Assembly (NCBI GenBank): GCA_029856155.1 | Contig: JAHQWL010000098.1 | Location: 1-64,000 of the forward strand | Direction: 5' to 3' | DNA length: 64,000 nucleotides | From: Promethearchaeia archaeon | GTDB taxonomy: Archaea > Asgardarchaeota > Lokiarchaeia > Sigyniarchaeales > SOKP01 | In this document: piece after piece, positions 62,175-64,000 of the stretch | Numbering within the stretch: the first letter of the stretch is position 1 | Layout: each line of letters opens with the position of its first letter | The notes under the pieces: generated by a model | Seen by the model: the letters and a program-made list of their open reading frames with translations, nothing else | Databases searched by the model: none | What the model was told of the DNA's origin: nothing | Program-made: the position numbers and the translations under genes

Positions 62175-63677
62175 ATGAAACTATCTCCTACTCTAATTTA
62201 TAAAGAATTTAAAGATGGAAAGTTAGAAAGACAATCTGCTTTAAATCAATTATTTACCTTAATTAATAATTCAGATGATCCTGATATAAGAGTGGAAAGT
62301 ATTGAAATTTTAGTAAAAATTGGTTCAAAGAATGAAGAAATTTTTAAATTGTTTGAAAATCTTTTAATATCCGATTCACAAGAAAAAGTTAGAATTACTG
62401 CAATAAATGCTATTAAAAATAATTATATCGAAAAAGCATTTAACCCTATGAAATGGGCTTTTCAACATGAAACATCTATAATCTGTCTTATTACAATAAT
62501 ATCTACTTTAGGTGAAATATGTAGCGAAAAAGCTAAATCATTCTTAATTGATAAGATTAAAAATATTGATATTTATGAGTTTAATGAAAGTGTTCAAAAT
62601 CTATTTAAGACCAAAGAAATCCATAACTTCAGAAATGAAGGACTTTCAGCTATATTAAACAATTATTTTGTTATTAAATATTTCAAAAAGGAATTTAAAG
62701 ATATAGATTACATTGTAAAGGATGGCTTAGTCATATCAATAGATTTATCCGGGATTAGTACCCATGTATTTGGATGGAAAATTTTAAGGAGGTTACCTGA
62801 ATTTATTGGAGTTCTTAAGTATCTCACAAAGTTAGACTTAAAAATTAATAGATTAGCGAAATTACCTAAGACCCTTAGTGATCTTGATTATCTTAGATAT
62901 TTGGATCTTAGTAATAATAATCTCAAAAAATTACCAGAATCCATTTGCCTTTTAAATTCACTAGAATTCTTAAATCTAAAATATAATAAGATAGCAGAAA
63001 TTCCTAAATCAATTAGTAACCTAAAAAACTTAAAGACTCTAGATTTAAGACATAATAACCTAAAAATTCTTCCCAATGAAATTTATAATTTAAAATCGTT
63101 AGAATTTCTAGATCTACATGGAAATCAGTTAAAAATTTTACCAATGTCAATAGAAGGACTAAAATCTTTAAAAAGTTTAGAGTTGGGATTAAATAATATT
63201 AAAGAACTTCCGGAGGGGATAACAAATCTTCGATCTCTAAAGAAGCTAGGCTTGGGGGGTAATAAAATATCAATCAATTTTTCTCTTTTGAGTAATTTAA
63301 CGTCACTTACCGAATTAGATCTATATGACAATAATCTTAGGCTACTTCCCAATGAAATTGGATTATTGACGACTTTAGATAAGTTAATTTTAAGAAATAA
63401 TAAACTTACGGATCTACCAGAATCAATTAAAAATTTGAAATCTCTTCAAAAACTAGATTTAAGTTGGAATAATCTCATAGCCCTTCCTGAATGGATAGGA
63501 TCCTTAATTTCCTTAAAAGAATTAAATCTATGGGGAAATAATTTAAAATCTCTTCCATCTTCATTGGGTAACCTCGAATCGTTAAAAATTCTTAATTTGA
63601 ACTTTAATAAATTTATTAGAAAAATCCCAGATTCCCTTAAAGTTTTACAAAATAAAGGATTAAAAATTTATAAATAA
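62175..63677 (+). CDS. HEAT-like N-terminus + leucine-rich repeat protein (paralog of 58097..59587)
   Basis: Same architecture; shared LDLHGN, LDLYDN, LSWNN..LP(D/E)WIG, ELNLWGN. Confidence 0.88.
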   Translation: MKLSPTLIYKEFKDGKLERQSALNQLFTLINNSDDPDIRVESIEILVKIGSKNEEIFKLFENLLISDSQEKVRITAINAIKNNYIEKAFNPMKWAFQHETSIICLITIISTLGEICSEKAKSFLIDKIKNIDIYEFNESVQNLFKTKEIHNFRNEGLSAILNNYFVIKYFKKEFKDIDYIVKDGLVISIDLSGISTHVFGWKILRRLPEFIGVLKYLTKLDLKINRLAKLPKTLSDLDYLRYLDLSNNNLKKLPESICLLNSLEFLNLKYNKIAEIPKSISNLKNLKTLDLRHNNLKILPNEIYNLKSLEFLDLHGNQLKILPMSIEGLKSLKSLELGLNNIKELPEGITNLRSLKKLGLGGNKISINFSLLSNLTSLTELDLYDNNLRLLPNEIGLLTTLDKLILRNNKLTDLPESIKNLKSLQKLDLSWNNLIALPEWIGSLISLKELNLWGNNLKSLPSSLGNLESLKILNLNFNKFIRKIPDSLKVLQNKGLKIYK

Positions 63678-63685
63678 TTAAACTC

Positions 63686-64000
63686 TTATTGAGTCTTATA
63701 TAATTCTATAATCTCATTTACAGTCGTTATATCTTCGGGTCCTTTTTCAGGACGTAATCTTAAAAATACAGGAAACCTCATAGAATAGCCTAACGCAGCA
63801 AATTTATCACTAATTGTTATCTCATCTCCAGTAATTTCGATTACAACCTCTGGTTTTAACCAAATATCGGGTTTATCTTCACATATGACATTTTTTGGTT
63901 TATTAACAACTTTATATTTTTCCATATCTCTAGTTAAAGATTCAGATAATTCATCCGTCAATCCTGAAAAGAAACGAGTAAAAGCTATATAATTCTCGTT
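63686..64000 (-). CDS. lig: ATP-dependent DNA ligase, C-terminal OB domain (partial; runs off the window)
   Basis: SGLTDE, PDIWLKPEVVIEI.GDEITIS, SMRFPVFLRLRPEK. Confidence 0.85.
   Translation of the reverse strand, partial: NENYIAFTRFFSGLTDELSESLTRDMEKYKVVNKPKNVICEDKPDIWLKPEVVIEITGDEITISDKFAALGYSMRFPVFLRLRPEKGPEDITTVNEIIELYKTQ

Noticed and set aside
1060-63352. Short antisense or nested ORFs from the track (e.g. 8021..8428, 13854..14393, 34902..35411, 35952..36500, 52830..53201)
   Set aside because: Shadow frames of well-supported genes with no motifs of their own.
1-64000. CRISPR arrays, rRNA genes, transposases or integrases
   Set aside because: No repeat-spacer array, rRNA-like tract or recombinase motif was recognised.

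Overview
AT-rich archaeal genomic window, most consistent with an Asgard (Lokiarchaeia-like) genome. Supporting signs are small GTPases, longin/uDENN-like and SNAP/TPR-like proteins, HEAT+LRR proteins, Ftr, HdrA/MvhD and a eukaryote-like SECIS. About 55 protein genes, one tRNA and several decayed gene fragments were identified. The ORF track misses three layers of RNA-level information. (1) The AMP phosphorylase gene is split inside its DKHS(T)GG active-site motif by a 30-nt insert with an in-frame TAG. The insert folds as a bulge-helix-bulge-type (tRNA-endonuclease) intron, and canonical excision restores DKHSTGGVPGNK, making it a candidate spliced mRNA intron. (2) A tRNA-His(GUG) carries two 30-nt BHB introns at non-canonical positions 45/46 and 58/59. 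(3) An hdrA-mvhD operon has four in-frame UGA codons at conserved Cys positions and one 3' AUGA...GA SECIS-like hairpin. Also present: a longin/GTPase/PAS-GAF cluster, a corrinoid-HMT-MttB methyl-transfer operon, a small structured stand-alone transcript, and probable ATT start codons. All family calls come from motif recognition by eye; no database searches or folding programs were run.
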